Of a DNA stretch of 64,000 nucleotides, positions 13,170 through 26,430 are shown piece after piece (positions within the stretch are counted from its first letter, which is position 1; each line of letters begins with the position of its first letter). Below the pieces are notes generated by a model. It worked only from the letters and a program-made list of their open reading frames with translations. It was not told where the DNA came from and ran no database searches. The stretch comes from Flaccisagitta enflata (Eukaryota): positions 496,001-560,000 of the forward strand of contig OZ231126.1 in NCBI GenBank assembly GCA_965153355.1, written 5' to 3'. The position numbers and the translations under genes are program-made.

Positions 13170-14937
13170 ACTTTGTCATCCTTGGTCATCACAACAACAA
13201 AATTCACCATGGCACATTAGTTTCACAGCCATTTTGTCATCCTTTGTCATCAAAACAACAAAATTCACCATGGCGCAAAAGTTTCACAGCCATTTTGTCA
13301 TCCTTTGTCATCAAAACAACAAAATTCACCTTGTCTCAATAGTTTCACAGCCATTTTGTCATCCTTTGTCATCAAAACAACAAAATTTACCTTGGCGCAA
13401 TACTTTCCAAGCCCCTTTGTCATCCTTTGTCATCGCAACAACAAAATTCACCATGGCACAATAGTTTCACAGCCATTTTGTCATCCTTTGTCATCAAAAC
13501 AACAAAATTCAGCATGGCGCAATAGTTTCACAGCCAATTTGTCATCCTTTGTCATCACAACAACAAAATTTACAATGGCGCAATAGTTTCACACCCATTT
13601 TGTCATTCTTTGTCATCACAACAACAAAATTCACCATGGCACAATAGTTTCACAGCCATTTTGTCATCCTTTGTCATCAAAACAACAAAATTCACCATGG
13701 CGCAATAGATACAAAGCCCCTTAGTCATCCTTTGTCATCACAACAACAAAATTCACCATGGCACAATAGTTTCACAGCCATTTTGTCATCCTCTGTCGTC
13801 ACAACAACAAAATTCACCATGGCGCAATGTTTCACAGCCTCTTTGTCATCCTTTGTCATCACAACAACAAAATTCACCATGGCGCAATAGTTTCAAAGCC
13901 CCTTTGTCATCCTTTGTCATCACAACAACAAAATTCACCATGGCGCAATAGTTTCATAGCCATTTTGTCATCCTTTGTCATCACAACAACATAATTCACC
14001 ATGGCGCTATAGTTTCACAGCCATTTTGTCATCCTTTATCAAAACATCAACAAAATTCACCATGGCGAAACAGTTTCACAGCGATTTTATCATTCTTTGT
14101 CATCACAACTACAAAATTCACCATGGCGCAATAGTTTCACAGCCATTTTGTCATCCTTTGTCATCACAACAACTAAATTCACCATGGCGCAATAGTTTCA
14201 CAGCCATTTTGTCATCCTTTATCAAGACATCAACAAAATTCACCATGGCGAAACAGTTTCACAGCCATTTTGTCATTCTTTGTCATCACAACTACAAAAT
14301 TCACCATGGCGCAATAGTTTCACAGCCATTTTGTCATCCTTTATCAAGACATCAACAAAATACACCATGGCGAAACAGTTTCACAGCCATTTTGTCATTC
14401 TTTGTCATCACAACTACAAAATTCACCATGGCGCAATAGTTTCACAGCCATTTTGTCATCCTTTATCAAGACATCAACAAAATTCACCATGGCGAAACAG
14501 TTTCACAGCCATTTTGTCATTCTTTGTCATCACAACTACAAAATTCAACATGGCGCAATAGTTTCAAAGCCATTTTGTCATCCTTTTTCATCACAAGCAC
14601 AAAATTCACCATATCGCAATAGTTTCAAAGCCATTTTGTCATCCTTTGTCATCACAACAACAAAATTCACCCTATCACAATAGTTTCAAAGCCATTTTTT
14701 CATCCTTTGTCATCACAACAACAAAATTCACCATGACGCAATGGTTTCATAGCCATTTTGTCATCCTTTGTCATCACAACAACAAAATTCACCATGGCGC
14801 AATGTTTCACAGCCATTTTGTCATCCTCTGTCATCACAACAACAAAATTCACCATCGCGCAATGTTTCACAGCCATTTTGTCATCCTCTGTCATCACAAC
14901 AACATAATTCGCCATGGCGCAATAGTTTCACAGCCAT
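13170..14937. repeat. 61-bp satellite, about 29 copies
   Basis: Unit CAGCCATTTTGTCATCCTTTGTCATCACAACAACAAAATTCACCATGGCGCAATAGTTTCA. Confidence 0.95.
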
Positions 14938-15351
14938 AGTTAAAACATCATGCATTTAACGATGCACCTAAGCATTTCTTTATAGTAAGTTGTGGCCATT
15001 TTCTATGACCCAACGAGCGCGCATAGCGAATACTTTTTTCCCGCGACTAATTGTTGTCCCAAACTCAGACCGATGTCATTGCTTTACGGTGCTTTTTTGT
15101 CACCATTTCAAACGTAGAGCACTCGTTTACCAACGTCTTGTTGTCACAATATCAGACTAATGCCATAATTTTTGTCAACGTGTTAATCTATAACGCCACG
15201 TCATCGTTAGTAAATCTGGTGACGCCCCAAAAGCGCGAAAACGACGCGACATTTGAGCATAAAATGCCGCAGCATCAGCAACAGTCTCTGCAGCAGCAAC
15301 AGCAACAACAGGACACGCCGCAGCACTTGCAGTCACGGCGGCAAAAGTCTG

Positions 15352-15517
<166 letters not shown>

Positions 15518-15594
15518 TTTCCAGTTAAAGTGGGGAGTGAAGGTGAATGTTGGTGAGGTGGCAGCCGACTTTCTTACGTGGTCTCTTCATTGAA

Positions 15595-15639
<45 letters not shown>

Positions 15640-15694
15640 TAAGTCTTTTAAAAAATGAAAGAGGGGAACTTTGGTCGATCCGTTGCGCGGCCCC

Positions 15695-15807
<113 letters not shown>

Positions 15808-16054
15808 ACTCTCGCGTAATCACTAGATCCTTACCACAGAAACACACTTTTTACTTACCTTTCCTTTCCTACCTGACTTCAAATCTCAAGCGGGGCTTTC
15901 CAGTCTCCCTTTTCGCCGGTAAACTTAGTCATTTCTTCTTTATTCATTCGTACATTTCAGATTAAAACTGTCTGTCTCTGTACATCTCTGTCTGACTGTC
16001 TGAATGATTCTCTGTTTGTCTACATCTCTCTCTACATCTACGTCTCTGTATGCC

Positions 16055-16119
<65 letters not shown>

Positions 16120-16172
16120 TTCTCTCTCTGTCTCTGTCTCTGTCTGTCTGTCTGTCTCTCTCTGTCTCTCTC

Positions 16173-16285
<113 letters not shown>

Positions 16286-16591
16286 CTCTTTTTGTTTCTT
16301 ACCTTTCACCACGTTGCAGCACTGTCAATTTTTTGACAAAAGTTAGCCCACGAGTGAGCGCCTCTGTCACTTCATTCTCTTACATCAAAGACATGCTTTA
16401 AGAAAATTTATGCATATACAGCAGAGATATCAGACATAGTAAAACAATGCAAGAAAAAAGTCAAGATTCGATTCTTTTGTCTTATCCCAAAATTAACGAA
16501 TAAAAGAATAAACTAACTTTTGGCGCCAACAAAACAAAAGTCAAAAGTCAAATAAAACAAGAAAACAACGAAAATTCTGGACTTTGTCATG

Positions 16592-16689
<98 letters not shown>

Positions 16690-17059
16690 CTGCTACACGT
16701 TCTGTAAGCGTCTCGAGGAACACACGCTTTTTGCCTGACATTTATTCTGTCACTGTTCTTCCTTGATAATGCAATTGTCTTTATTTTTCTTTTTTTTTCG
16801 CTAACCACGGTTAAAACTTTGACTCTAAAAACCGATCTAAAAGCCGATCTCACATTTTCTCCGAACGCAAATCTTCAGGATATCTTCAAGATCGTCACCG
16901 AAAAACGTCTCTAAACTCAACTCCAAACACGTCTCTAAAATCAACTCTCAAAACATCTCCAACATCATCTCTACGAACATGTCTGCAATGGTCTTCATGA
17001 TATGAAACTACCAAAGTCTCTCAAGGGAGCTCTCTTAGACAGTTTGTGTCATTCAAATC

Positions 17060-17785
17060 ACTGTCATGGAGTTGCTCTCTTTAATGACAAGGTACTCACG
17101 CCGAATCATATCGCTGTCATCACTGTCATCAATGTCATCCCTATCATCACTGTCATGGAGTTGCTCTCTTTAATAACAAGGTACTCACGCCGAATCATAT
17201 TGCTGTCATCACTGTCATCAATGTCATCGCTATCATCTCTGTCATGGAGTTGCTCTCTTTAATGACAAGGTACTCACGCCGAATCATATCGCTGTCATCA
17301 CTGTCATCAATGTCATCGCTATCATCACTGTCATGGAGTTGCTCTCTTTAATGACAAGGTACTCACGCCAAATCATATCGCTGTCATCACTGTCATCAAT
17401 GTCATCGCTATCATCACTGTCATAGAGTTGCTCTCTTTAATGACAAGGTACTCACGCCGAATCATATTGCTGTCATCACTGTCATCAATGTCATCGCTAT
17501 CATCACTGTAATGGAGTTGCTCTTTTTAATGACAAGGTACTCACGCCGAATCATATCGCTGTCATACCTGTCATCGATGTCATCACTGTCATCACTGTAA
17601 TCACTGTCATGGAATTGCTCTTTTTAATGACTAAGTTCTCATATCAATTCATATCACCGTCATCACTGTCATCATAACCAAAGACGTAATTGTCACCACT
17701 TTACTCTTTTTTTAGCGCTATCATAAAATTACTCTCTTCAAGCAAAATGTACTCACGCTGAATCATATCGCTGTCATCACTGTTA
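17060..17785. repeat. 89-bp minisatellite, about 6 full copies plus degenerate copies
   Basis: GTTGCTCT recurs at 17071, 17160, 17249, 17338, 17427 and 17516. Confidence 0.92.
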
Positions 17786-17791
17786 TCAAAG

Positions 17792-18259
17792 CAGGCATGT
17801 ATAAAATTGCGTATTCCCCCCCCCCCAGGAATAAAATCAAAAGGTTTGGAGATGGGGAAAAAAATCAAAAGCTTGAGAAATGAGAAAAAAGAAAATTTTT
17901 GAAGCTTTGATTCTTTTAAGTAGTACTAAAAGGTGAAATTTGATTACTACAACACTTTTTTTTGCTCTCTAGGGAAAAATGTGATAGATTTTTTGATGAG
18001 ACCCGACACGTCGCGGGGAAGAAAATCAAAGGCAGAGGGGGGGGATAAAATTAAAAGTCACTCAATTGTATACAGTTGAACCCCGCTCTAACGGACCCGC
18101 CACCAACGGAATTCCGCCTATAACAGATGCAAATTCATAGTCCCTTTATGTTAAATTCTTTTATTTTCTTTATTGGCAATAACAGAAGTCCACCGATAAC
18201 AGAAGAAAATTATCAGTCCCCTGAAATCCGTTAGAGCGGGGTTCAACTGTATATCCCTG
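17792..18259. mobile_element. hAT-type MITE with a nested Tigger/pogo-like MITE
   Basis: CAGG...CCTG ends; degenerate 8-bp TSD TATCAAAG/CATCAAGG; homologous to 20402-20725. Confidence 0.7.
18073..18249. mobile_element. Tc1/mariner (pogo/Tigger-like) MITE
   Basis: TA|CAGTTGAACCCCGCTCTAACGGA ... TCCGTTAGAGCGGGGTTCAACTG|TA, a perfect TIR. Relatives at 19576-19748 and 27018-27194. Confidence 0.85.
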
Positions 18260-19575
18260 CATCAAGGCCAAGGACATAAACCTCATCACTTTGTCATGTT
18301 GAACTATAGGACAATGACAAAATTGTGGTATTCATTTTTCAGTTGGCATGTAAAAAGACCAGAAGTTGGGCTTGTCTGACCAACAAACAAACAAACTGAC
18401 AAATAAAGCGACAGACAAACTGACCGACTGACCTTAGCATTAAGGCCTCAATACTAACCTCGAGGCCCCAATATCAGCTTTGAGGACAAAATATCAGCCT
18501 TGAGGCTCAAAGCGTAGCCTTGAGGCAAATTATCCCAGCCATGAGGCCTAAATCTCAGCCTCTTGGCTCAAATTCAAGCTCAAAAGCTTTTAACTCAAGC
18601 CCAGAGGCCAAATTTCCCCCCTTGATTCCAAGCGTAGGTCATCAGTCCCTTCAGGGGCGCTGCCCCTCTTACCATCCTAATTTAGGGGCATAAGGCACCG
18701 CTGACCATCAAACGCTTTTGTGACTATCAAACCTCAATGATCCTCTATGGCCTCTTACCATTTGGCAGGACAACCAAAAGTCCCCATATGTTTTACATGA
18801 TTTTGTCTTTATCAGGGCTGCTCCCTTGCTTCCTCTCACACGCGCAATCACACAAAGCAGGGCACAAGGTATCGCTGACCAAATATTGCCCTTGGGGGAC
18901 TGGTTTTTTATTCAATGCGTCCACCCATCTCTTTAACAGGATGGTACTTTTTTGTGTAAGTGATCCTAAAGGTTTTCTCTTCAAATCTTTGTCCCTTACT
19001 CTCTTCTATCTCTTTACTGTTTTTGTCATTATCTTCAATTGAGACAATTTGAGTTAGATTGACAAGAAATTATTGAATCACAAGTCTGTTTCCAATCATT
19101 ATCACAATCAAGGATTCAAAAATTTAAGTTTTTAGCTTTCTGAGCTAGTCTTTGAATATTTTTTGCAATTTTCTTGAATCAATTTGTGCTTTCACTGTGA
19201 ATAGCATGTTCAGTAAGCATTCAAGACACTTTAGAATTTGAATAGATTTCAAGCAAATATAAAAGATTTGGAAGATAGTTACTTGCTTACTTACTAAGTT
19301 ACTTCTGGTTGGTACATGGTGCCATTTGAAAGAAAAAAGTAAACCTTTTCTCAGCTATGAACTTAAGCAAAGCCAGAAGTCGCGTGCGGGTGGGCGAATG
19401 CAGTGATAAAAATGGCTAGCCCAAGCATTTGGGCAGGGGCAGTCATTAAATAACCGCCTGTAAACGCCGAAAAAGCTAACGGTGACAGACGGACAGATAT
19501 ATCAGGTTAGAGAGTTGTGTGCACGTGACTGAAAATAATGACATAATTTTGAAAAGATTGCCACTAAACAAAATA

Positions 19576-19748
19576 CAGTGGAGCACCGCTAGAGCGCACC
19601 TGCTTATAAGCATGACCTCCTATAAAGCATGCAATTGCTAGTCTCTGGAGAGTTTCTTTAACTATTTCTATGTTGGCACTAGGACAGCTTCACTATGAGG
19701 CATGATTTGGCCCAGTCTCTGGGAATGCGCTCTAGTGAAGCTCAACTG
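19576..19748. mobile_element. pogo/Tigger-like MITE
   Basis: TA|CAGTGGAGCACCGCTAGAGCGCA ... TGCGCTCTAGTGAAGCTCAACTG|TA. Confidence 0.75.
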
Positions 19749-19794
19749 TAGAAAAAAAATCTTCATCACATTTCTCCAATAAGTGACTAAATGC

Positions 19795-20006
19795 CTCCAG
19801 GACATCTGGAAATCCAGAATATCAAGGACATCTGGACATCCAGGACATCCAGGATATCCAGGACATCCACGATATCACGGGCATCCAGGACATCCAGGAC
19901 ATCCAGGACATCCAGGACATCTTGACATCCATGACATCCAGGACATCCAGGACATCCAGGACATTCAGGACATCCAGGACATCCAGGACATCCAGGACAT
20001 CTGGAC
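19795..20006. repeat. 9-bp minisatellite (GGACATCCA)n
   Basis: Directly visible, about 23 units. Confidence 0.9.
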
Positions 20007-20401
20007 GTCTCTTAGCTTTGTTCCTTGCATAAAAGGTATTCTCGTGAATATTCAAATAAAGAGTTACTGCTGCATGTACATTTGAAACAAAGAAACTAGA
20101 CTGGAATATCCAGTTGAAATGTTGAATTATATACAATTTCCTTTTTGGCCGACGAGTCTGAATTTCATTTTTGACTTTTTTATTATTCAAATGAGGAATA
20201 TCTCATGAATATGATTACACCGCAAATTTCAATGCATGAGATTCCAAACGTGTATCAAATTCGGGCTAGAAAGAAAGGCGAATGGATTTTGGAGGTGTTC
20301 ACACTGCTAACGAAAACAATCATGTTTATTCCTGTTAATCGCGTTTTCAGCGTGAATATATATCTTTGAATCTCAATTATCCCAAGAGATAGTGAATAAA
20401 G

Positions 20402-20725
20402 CAGGCCTGTATATAATCGAGTTCCCCCCCCCGGCGGGGGGGGGGGGGGGGTAAATCAAAGGGTTTGGAGATGGGGAAGGGAAAGAAAGAGGGAAAAAAG
20501 AGAAAAAAAGAAAATTTGGGGAAAATATAACTTTTGGCAGTACCAAATCATAAAATTTGATTAGTAAAACACAATTTAACATTCTCTAAACCTTAGATAT
20601 ACTGTTTTACTGCTTTATTGGGAAGAAAATCATAGATTTTGTAATGCAACGCCATGCATCGCAGGGAAGAAAATCAAAGGCAGGGGGGGGGGGAATCTAA
20701 AGCCACTCAATTATATACACCCCTG
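20402..20725. mobile_element. hAT-type MITE
   Basis: Perfect 8-bp TSD GAATAAAG; TIR CAGGCCTGTATATAAT / ATTATATACACCCCTG; inserted in a decayed Harbinger-type MITE. Confidence 0.85.
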
Positions 20726-20862
20726 GAATAAAGTGAATGAGCAAGCCTGTGAATGGAGCGAGAGAAGGAAACAAGCGTAGTAAAGAGGAGCGCTGTGAAG
20801 TGAGTGGAGTGAGCAGTGCGAGCAAACGAATGTCGCATATTAGTAACTATGGATTATGGAAA

Positions 20863-21068
20863 ACAAGGTCGTATACACGGCTACCCCAGTCGCGTGCGGG
20901 GGGGGGGGGGGCAGGAGCCATATTTGAGGTCAGTAGACCATTTAGGCAGGAGCAGTGAGGTCACAGAATAAGATTCATATAAAAGATTAACATGTCATGA
21001 TCCGACCAACAGACTGACGTGCGGACGGACAAAGCGGGGTGTAGAGTCGCGTAGCACGCGACTAAAAA
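20863..21068 (-). mobile_element. HINE/DINE-1-like family B
   Basis: Same termini and core as 40982-41208. Confidence 0.8.
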
Positions 21069-21142
21069 GGGATGCGGTTGTTGACCACTTACAATTTGGT
21101 GGGTGGGACCACTACCGGCATTCAACTGCAAAGAGCCTTGTA

Positions 21143-21666
21143 CAGTCAGTGGACAAAACAAAATAGGTAGAGAGCTTACTCGGTTGGCTATGAATCAACC
21201 TACTGTCATTAAACAGCAGGCTGTAAACAATGACTGGATGTGAAAATTACAGCAGGCCGTCATCTTACAAAGTCAGCAAAAATCCAACCTAAAAAGAATC
21301 GAACGTGACCAGCATATTCATAATCCTGATTCTGAGAAGTTTGACATGTCACACTTAATACTTTTTATAAGAAATAATCTTTTAATATTGCATTATAACT
21401 AAATCAAACATTGATGAAAAAATTTTATTTTCATCTAAAAATATATGTTTTGACATATCAAACTAGTCAGAATTTCACCAGGATTATGAATTTGCAGGTC
21501 TAATTCTATTTGGTGAAAGATGGATTTTTGCCAACTTTGTAGCACGACAGCTGGCTGTAATTTTTACAACCAGTTGTTGTTTACAGCCCGCTGTTTGATA
21601 ACAGTAGGTTGGATCAAAGCCAACAGCGTGAGCTCTCTACCTATTTTGTTTTGTCCACTGACTTTG
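21143..21666. mobile_element. Palindromic Tc1/mariner-type MITE
   Basis: TA|CAGTCAGTGGACAAAACAAAATAGGTAGAGAGCT and its reverse complement ending at 21666, followed by TA. Confidence 0.8.
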
Positions 21667-22064
21667 TAAGTGGGAGCGGAAGCGATACAATTTATTTCAC
21701 TCACTCATTTACTCACTCACTCCCTCTCTCACTTACTTGCTGACTCACTCACTCACTCACTCACTAACTTACTCACTTGCTCACTCACTCACTCACTTAC
21801 TCACTCACTCACTCACTCGCTGACTCACTCACTCACTCACTCACTCACTCACTCACTCACTCACTCACTCACTCACTCACTCACTCACTCACTCACTTGT
21901 CACCATTTCAATAACCAATGTGACATGTGACTACTTTAATAATCTCTCCTTATCTCAATCTTCTTAAGCAGCGCTTATCTGACCTTAAAAAAGAATACAA
22001 ACTAGGATCGGATCATATGAGAAAAAGAACTGTATGTGACTTAATAACTCATGGATATTTGGAT

Positions 22065-23182
22065 GACGTGCCACAACTGCAAAAGTGCCACAGCTGCCAC
22101 AGCTGCTGACATGCCACAATAGCTGACGTGCCACAACTGCTGATGTACCACAACTGCTGTCATGCCACAACTGATGATGTGCCACAAACGTTGAGGTGCC
22201 ACACCATCTAACATGCCACAAATGCTGAGTCGTCACAACAGCCTATGTGTCACAATTGCTAATTCGCAACAACTTTTCATGCGCCACAACTTCTGATGTT
22301 CCATAATTGATAAAGTGCCACAACTGCTGACTTACCAAAACTGCCAATTGGCAACAACTACCAACATGTCACAACTACTGAGGTACCTCAACTCCATAGG
22401 TGCCACAAATGCCATGATGGCATGGTACAACTGCCATATGTGCCACAACTGGCAAAGTGCCGCGATAGCTAATTGCGCCACAACTGCTGACTTGCCATAA
22501 CTGCTGATGTTGCACAACTGCCTACGTGCTACTATTGCCAACATGCTGCAATTGGCAATGTGCCATAATTACTGAACTATGTGCCACAGCTGCCAACATG
22601 CCGCAATTGCCTATGTTCCACAACTGCTGACATGCCACAACTGCTGACTTGCCAACTGCCAACGTGCTTCAATAACGGATGTGCGAAACTGCCTACATGC
22701 CAGAATTGCCGATGTGCAGCAACTGCAGACTTGCCATAGCAGCCAACATGCCGCAATTGCCAACGTGCCAAACTGCAGCCTTGCCATAACTGCCTATGTG
22801 CAACAGCTGCCAACATGCCGCAATTGCCTATGTTAAACAACTGCTGACTGGCCACAACTGCTGACTTGCCAACTGCCGACATTCCTAAATAACAGATGTG
22901 CAAAACTGCTGACATGCCACAGTTGCCAATATGCCAAAACTGCAGACTTGCCATAACTGCCTACATACCGAAACTGCCCATATATGCATATGTCATAGCT
23001 GCCAACGTGCCACAGTCGCCAACAGGCCATAACTGCAGACTTGTTATAATTGCCTACATGCCACAACTGCGTATATATCAAAGCTGCCAATGTGCCACAA
23101 CTGCCAAGATGCTACAACTACCAACATGCCACAACTGCTGACGTGCCTCAACTGCTGACGTGCCACATCTGACAAGGTGCCA
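22065..23182. repeat. Degenerate ~19-bp array (GTGCCACAACTGCTGAC-like)
   Basis: Recurrent GCCACAACTGC core. Confidence 0.85.
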
Positions 23183-23677
23183 CGCAGGAGTTTTTTCGTC
23201 TTCTTTCGTCATTTTTGAGATATAATTTTTTTTTTCTATTCTTTATCCATTCTTTTTTCTTTTCTTTTCTTTTCTTTTCTTTTTTTCTTTTTTCTTTTCT
23301 TTTTTCATTTCTTTATCCATTCTTTTTTTTTTCTTTTCTTTTCTTTTTTTCTTTTTTCTATTTTTTTTTTTTTCTTCCTATTTAGAAACTGGAATTTTCG
23401 GTTCTCGATTCGCGTTTGATCCACATGTTTAGATACGACTTTTCTTTAGGTCCCAAAATAGTAACAAGAATCTTTACTATTTCTCTGTTACAAATATCCT
23501 AGTCATTTGGGATTCAATGGTTGAATCGAGGCTTCCATTGTACCGGCGAAAAGTCTTAGCTCGAGTTTGTCAGTTTTATTTGTTCAATGATAGTGGAATA
23601 ACACAGTCTCTTTTACTGGTTCAAATTTACCTCAACCGAAATATTCTGTCTCCTTTCATTTTCTCTCCCTCTCTCTC

Positions 23678-23748
<71 letters not shown>

Positions 23749-24645
23749 CTCTCTATCTCTGTGGTTCCCGTACGAGCAGAAAGAGTTGCAAGGTAAATAT
23801 TAGCATGAAAGCTAAAAGTGACATTTTGTCAAATTGGATTTTGAAGAAGAAATTTGAGCGTTGGCTTAATCTTGGACAGTCGGGACAGGGACAATTACTT
23901 GAACGCTGCCATGGACAATAATTCAGGCGCTGACAAGGACAACAAGTCAAATGCTGACATGGTCAATTAATTAGACACATGAATGGTCGGTTTCATATTA
24001 ATTGATATTTGACAAGGACAACCACCAAAAAATAGTCATGCAACTGTTTTTAGTATAGGAAGATTAGAACTAGGATTAGGTAAATGATTAGGACAAACAC
24101 GAAGACGCTGAAAAGAACAAGCTAGAAGAAAAGTGTTATCAAATTCAAATTTGTTATTCATGCATACAAATCAACAAATGTCTCATGAAGCCTATTTGCA
24201 GCCTTATTTGACGATTCTTAATAACTTGTCTTGTAGACAGAACACCACTGCCCACGGGGCAGGGGATTCTCTGTGGGAGGGCTGGGCTACTAATTTCTTG
24301 TGGAATCACTGTTTTGACATCGGTATCATATAACCATTCGCGTATCGGTTGCCACCACTGTCTCCAGGTATAAATCACTATTTTGATCCTGTTGTAATTA
24401 TGGGTGGTGATTGTTTCACTTTGCATCAGTTAAAAACAAAGAAAACATTAAAAAAGTTCACAATGCATTCTTGGAAAAAAAAATTTTTTCTTGGAAACAA
24501 AATCTTATAATGTTACAGAAATTTATTGATAGACGTACTCGTGCGTCATGTTTTTATATATTACCACTACCCTGTTACTGAGTTATTGTACATATTTTCT
24601 TTTTATCATACCGACGTATTCGTATGTCAGTTGATTGTTTTATGG

Positions 24646-24851
24646 TTTTTAAGTCGCGTGCTACGCGACTCTACACCCCGCTTTGTCGGTCCGTCGGTCC
24701 GTCCATCGGTCCGTCCGTCGGTCCGTCCATCACACTTTTCTTCTTTTTTTGTAGTCTTTGGCTTTACTGCTCCTGCCCAAATAATCAGGTGACCTTAAAT
24801 ACAGCCCTTGCCCACCCGCACGCGACTGTGGTAGCCGTGCATCCGGCCTTG
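24646..24851 (+). mobile_element. HINE/DINE-1-like family B
   Basis: AGTCGCGTGCTACGCGACT...(GTCC)n...GCACGCGACT...GCCGTGCATCCGGCCTTG. Confidence 0.8.
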
Positions 24852-25394
24852 ATGTATGATCTTGTGCATTACGTGTTTTTTGTTTTTATCTCATCTGTAT
24901 CCTACATTTGTAATTGAAATCACGAGGGTCGACATGAACAAGCCCGTCGATGTCCCTAACTGGAACATAGAAAGTATATCATTTTTTGACAATGAGGGCT
25001 TTGGCATGGTCCTCCCCCGCTGATACATCGCCATATTGCTGTTACACGCGCCTTCGGGGAAATAAACTGTTTGAATTGAATTGAATTGAATTGATTTGTC
25101 AAACCAGAATGAGAACATGACCAATGACGGGGACAAGTGCATTCAATGAAAACCTGCTTTTAAGTTTAATCCAAACATTACACTCTCTCTGAAAAGCTGT
25201 AGTGACTCGGGGTCACAATATATCATTGCGGACAAGTAGACAAGGGCATCCAACCCCTATCCACACCCCAACCCCCACCCCATACCCTCCACATACACGT
25301 ACAGTGCGTATCACGGTAAAGTTAACACTTTTAGATGCTTCTTAGGCAAGAAGCTCATTGAGATTAGTGACCGATTGAGAGCTCCGTTAAAGAT

Positions 25395-25752
25395 ACTGAC
25401 TCGGCATTGACATTGACTAAGCATTGACTCAGCAGTGACTTTGACTCAACATTGACTCAGCATTGACTCAGCATTGAGTTTGACTCAGCATTGACTCAGC
25501 ATTAAATCAGCATTGACATTGACTCAGCATTAAATCAGCATTGACATTGACTCAGCATTAAATCAGCATTGACATTGACTCAGCATTAAATCAGCATTGA
25601 CATTGACTCAGCATTAAATCAGCATTGACATTGACTCAGCATTAAATCAGCATTGACATTGACTCAGCATTGACTCAGCTTTAAATCAGCATTGTCTTTA
25701 ACTCAGCATTGACTCAGCTTTAAATCAGTATTGTCTTTAACTCAGCATTGAC
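25395..25752. repeat. CATTGACTCAG-based minisatellite (11- and 28-bp periods)
   Basis: Directly visible. Confidence 0.9.
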
Positions 25753-26231
25753 GAAGTCGAAGTCAGTCTTTGACTTTTTGACATATTCCAGAAAAACAAG
25801 GTTTTCATTTTTTTATTAGAAAGTTGAGTGTCTCGATCGACCAAATGAGCCCTCAAACAAAATTGATAGGGTAAGTAGTTTGGAAAATTCTCTTTCATTT
25901 GGCGCCAAGCACAATACTCTACAACAAATATTTTTTGCGCTATGATTTTTTACAGATTTTTTTGCGAAAAATTCAAATTGAATTTTTATCGATATATTAT
26001 GATTTTAAGTAGGATCAATAAAGGAGCATGCAAAAACAAGAAAACATGTTTATGAGCATACCTGCTCATCTGTGAGGGTGTTTTTGAGCAGTCTAGCTCA
26101 TTTAGCTCATTCAGATCCATCTTTTTTTTATATTTCAAATGCGATAAATGAATAAATATTTTGATACATGTTAAGGCAAGCAGATACAAAAAAACATGTC
26201 AGTGAGCATAGCTGCTCATTTGCAAGGGTGT

Positions 26232-26430
26232 TTTTAGTCGCGTTCACGCGACTCTACAACCCGCTTTGTCCGTCCGTCTGTAGGTCGGTTGGTCAGTTGG
26301 TCGGTCAGTCATGTTTTACTTTTTTTATGATTTTATTTCTTTGGCCCTCCAGCTATTGCCTAAATGGTCTAATGACCTCAAATATGGCCCCTGCCCACCC
26401 GCACGCGACTTTGGTAGCCGTGTATCCAGA
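26232..26430 (+). mobile_element. HINE/DINE-1-like family B
   Basis: Same termini as the other B copies. Confidence 0.75.

Noticed and set aside
15892-15901. NF-kB consensus GGGGCTTTCC
   Set aside because: A single 10-mer with no defined promoter; may occur by chance.
19783-20085. Collagen-like GHP repeat ORF
   Set aside because: It is the translation of a 9-bp minisatellite that changes frame midway; no supporting splice sites or domains.
22315-23141. Cys/His-rich ORFs resembling zinc-binding repeats
   Set aside because: They derive from a degenerate ~19-bp array with frequent frame changes.
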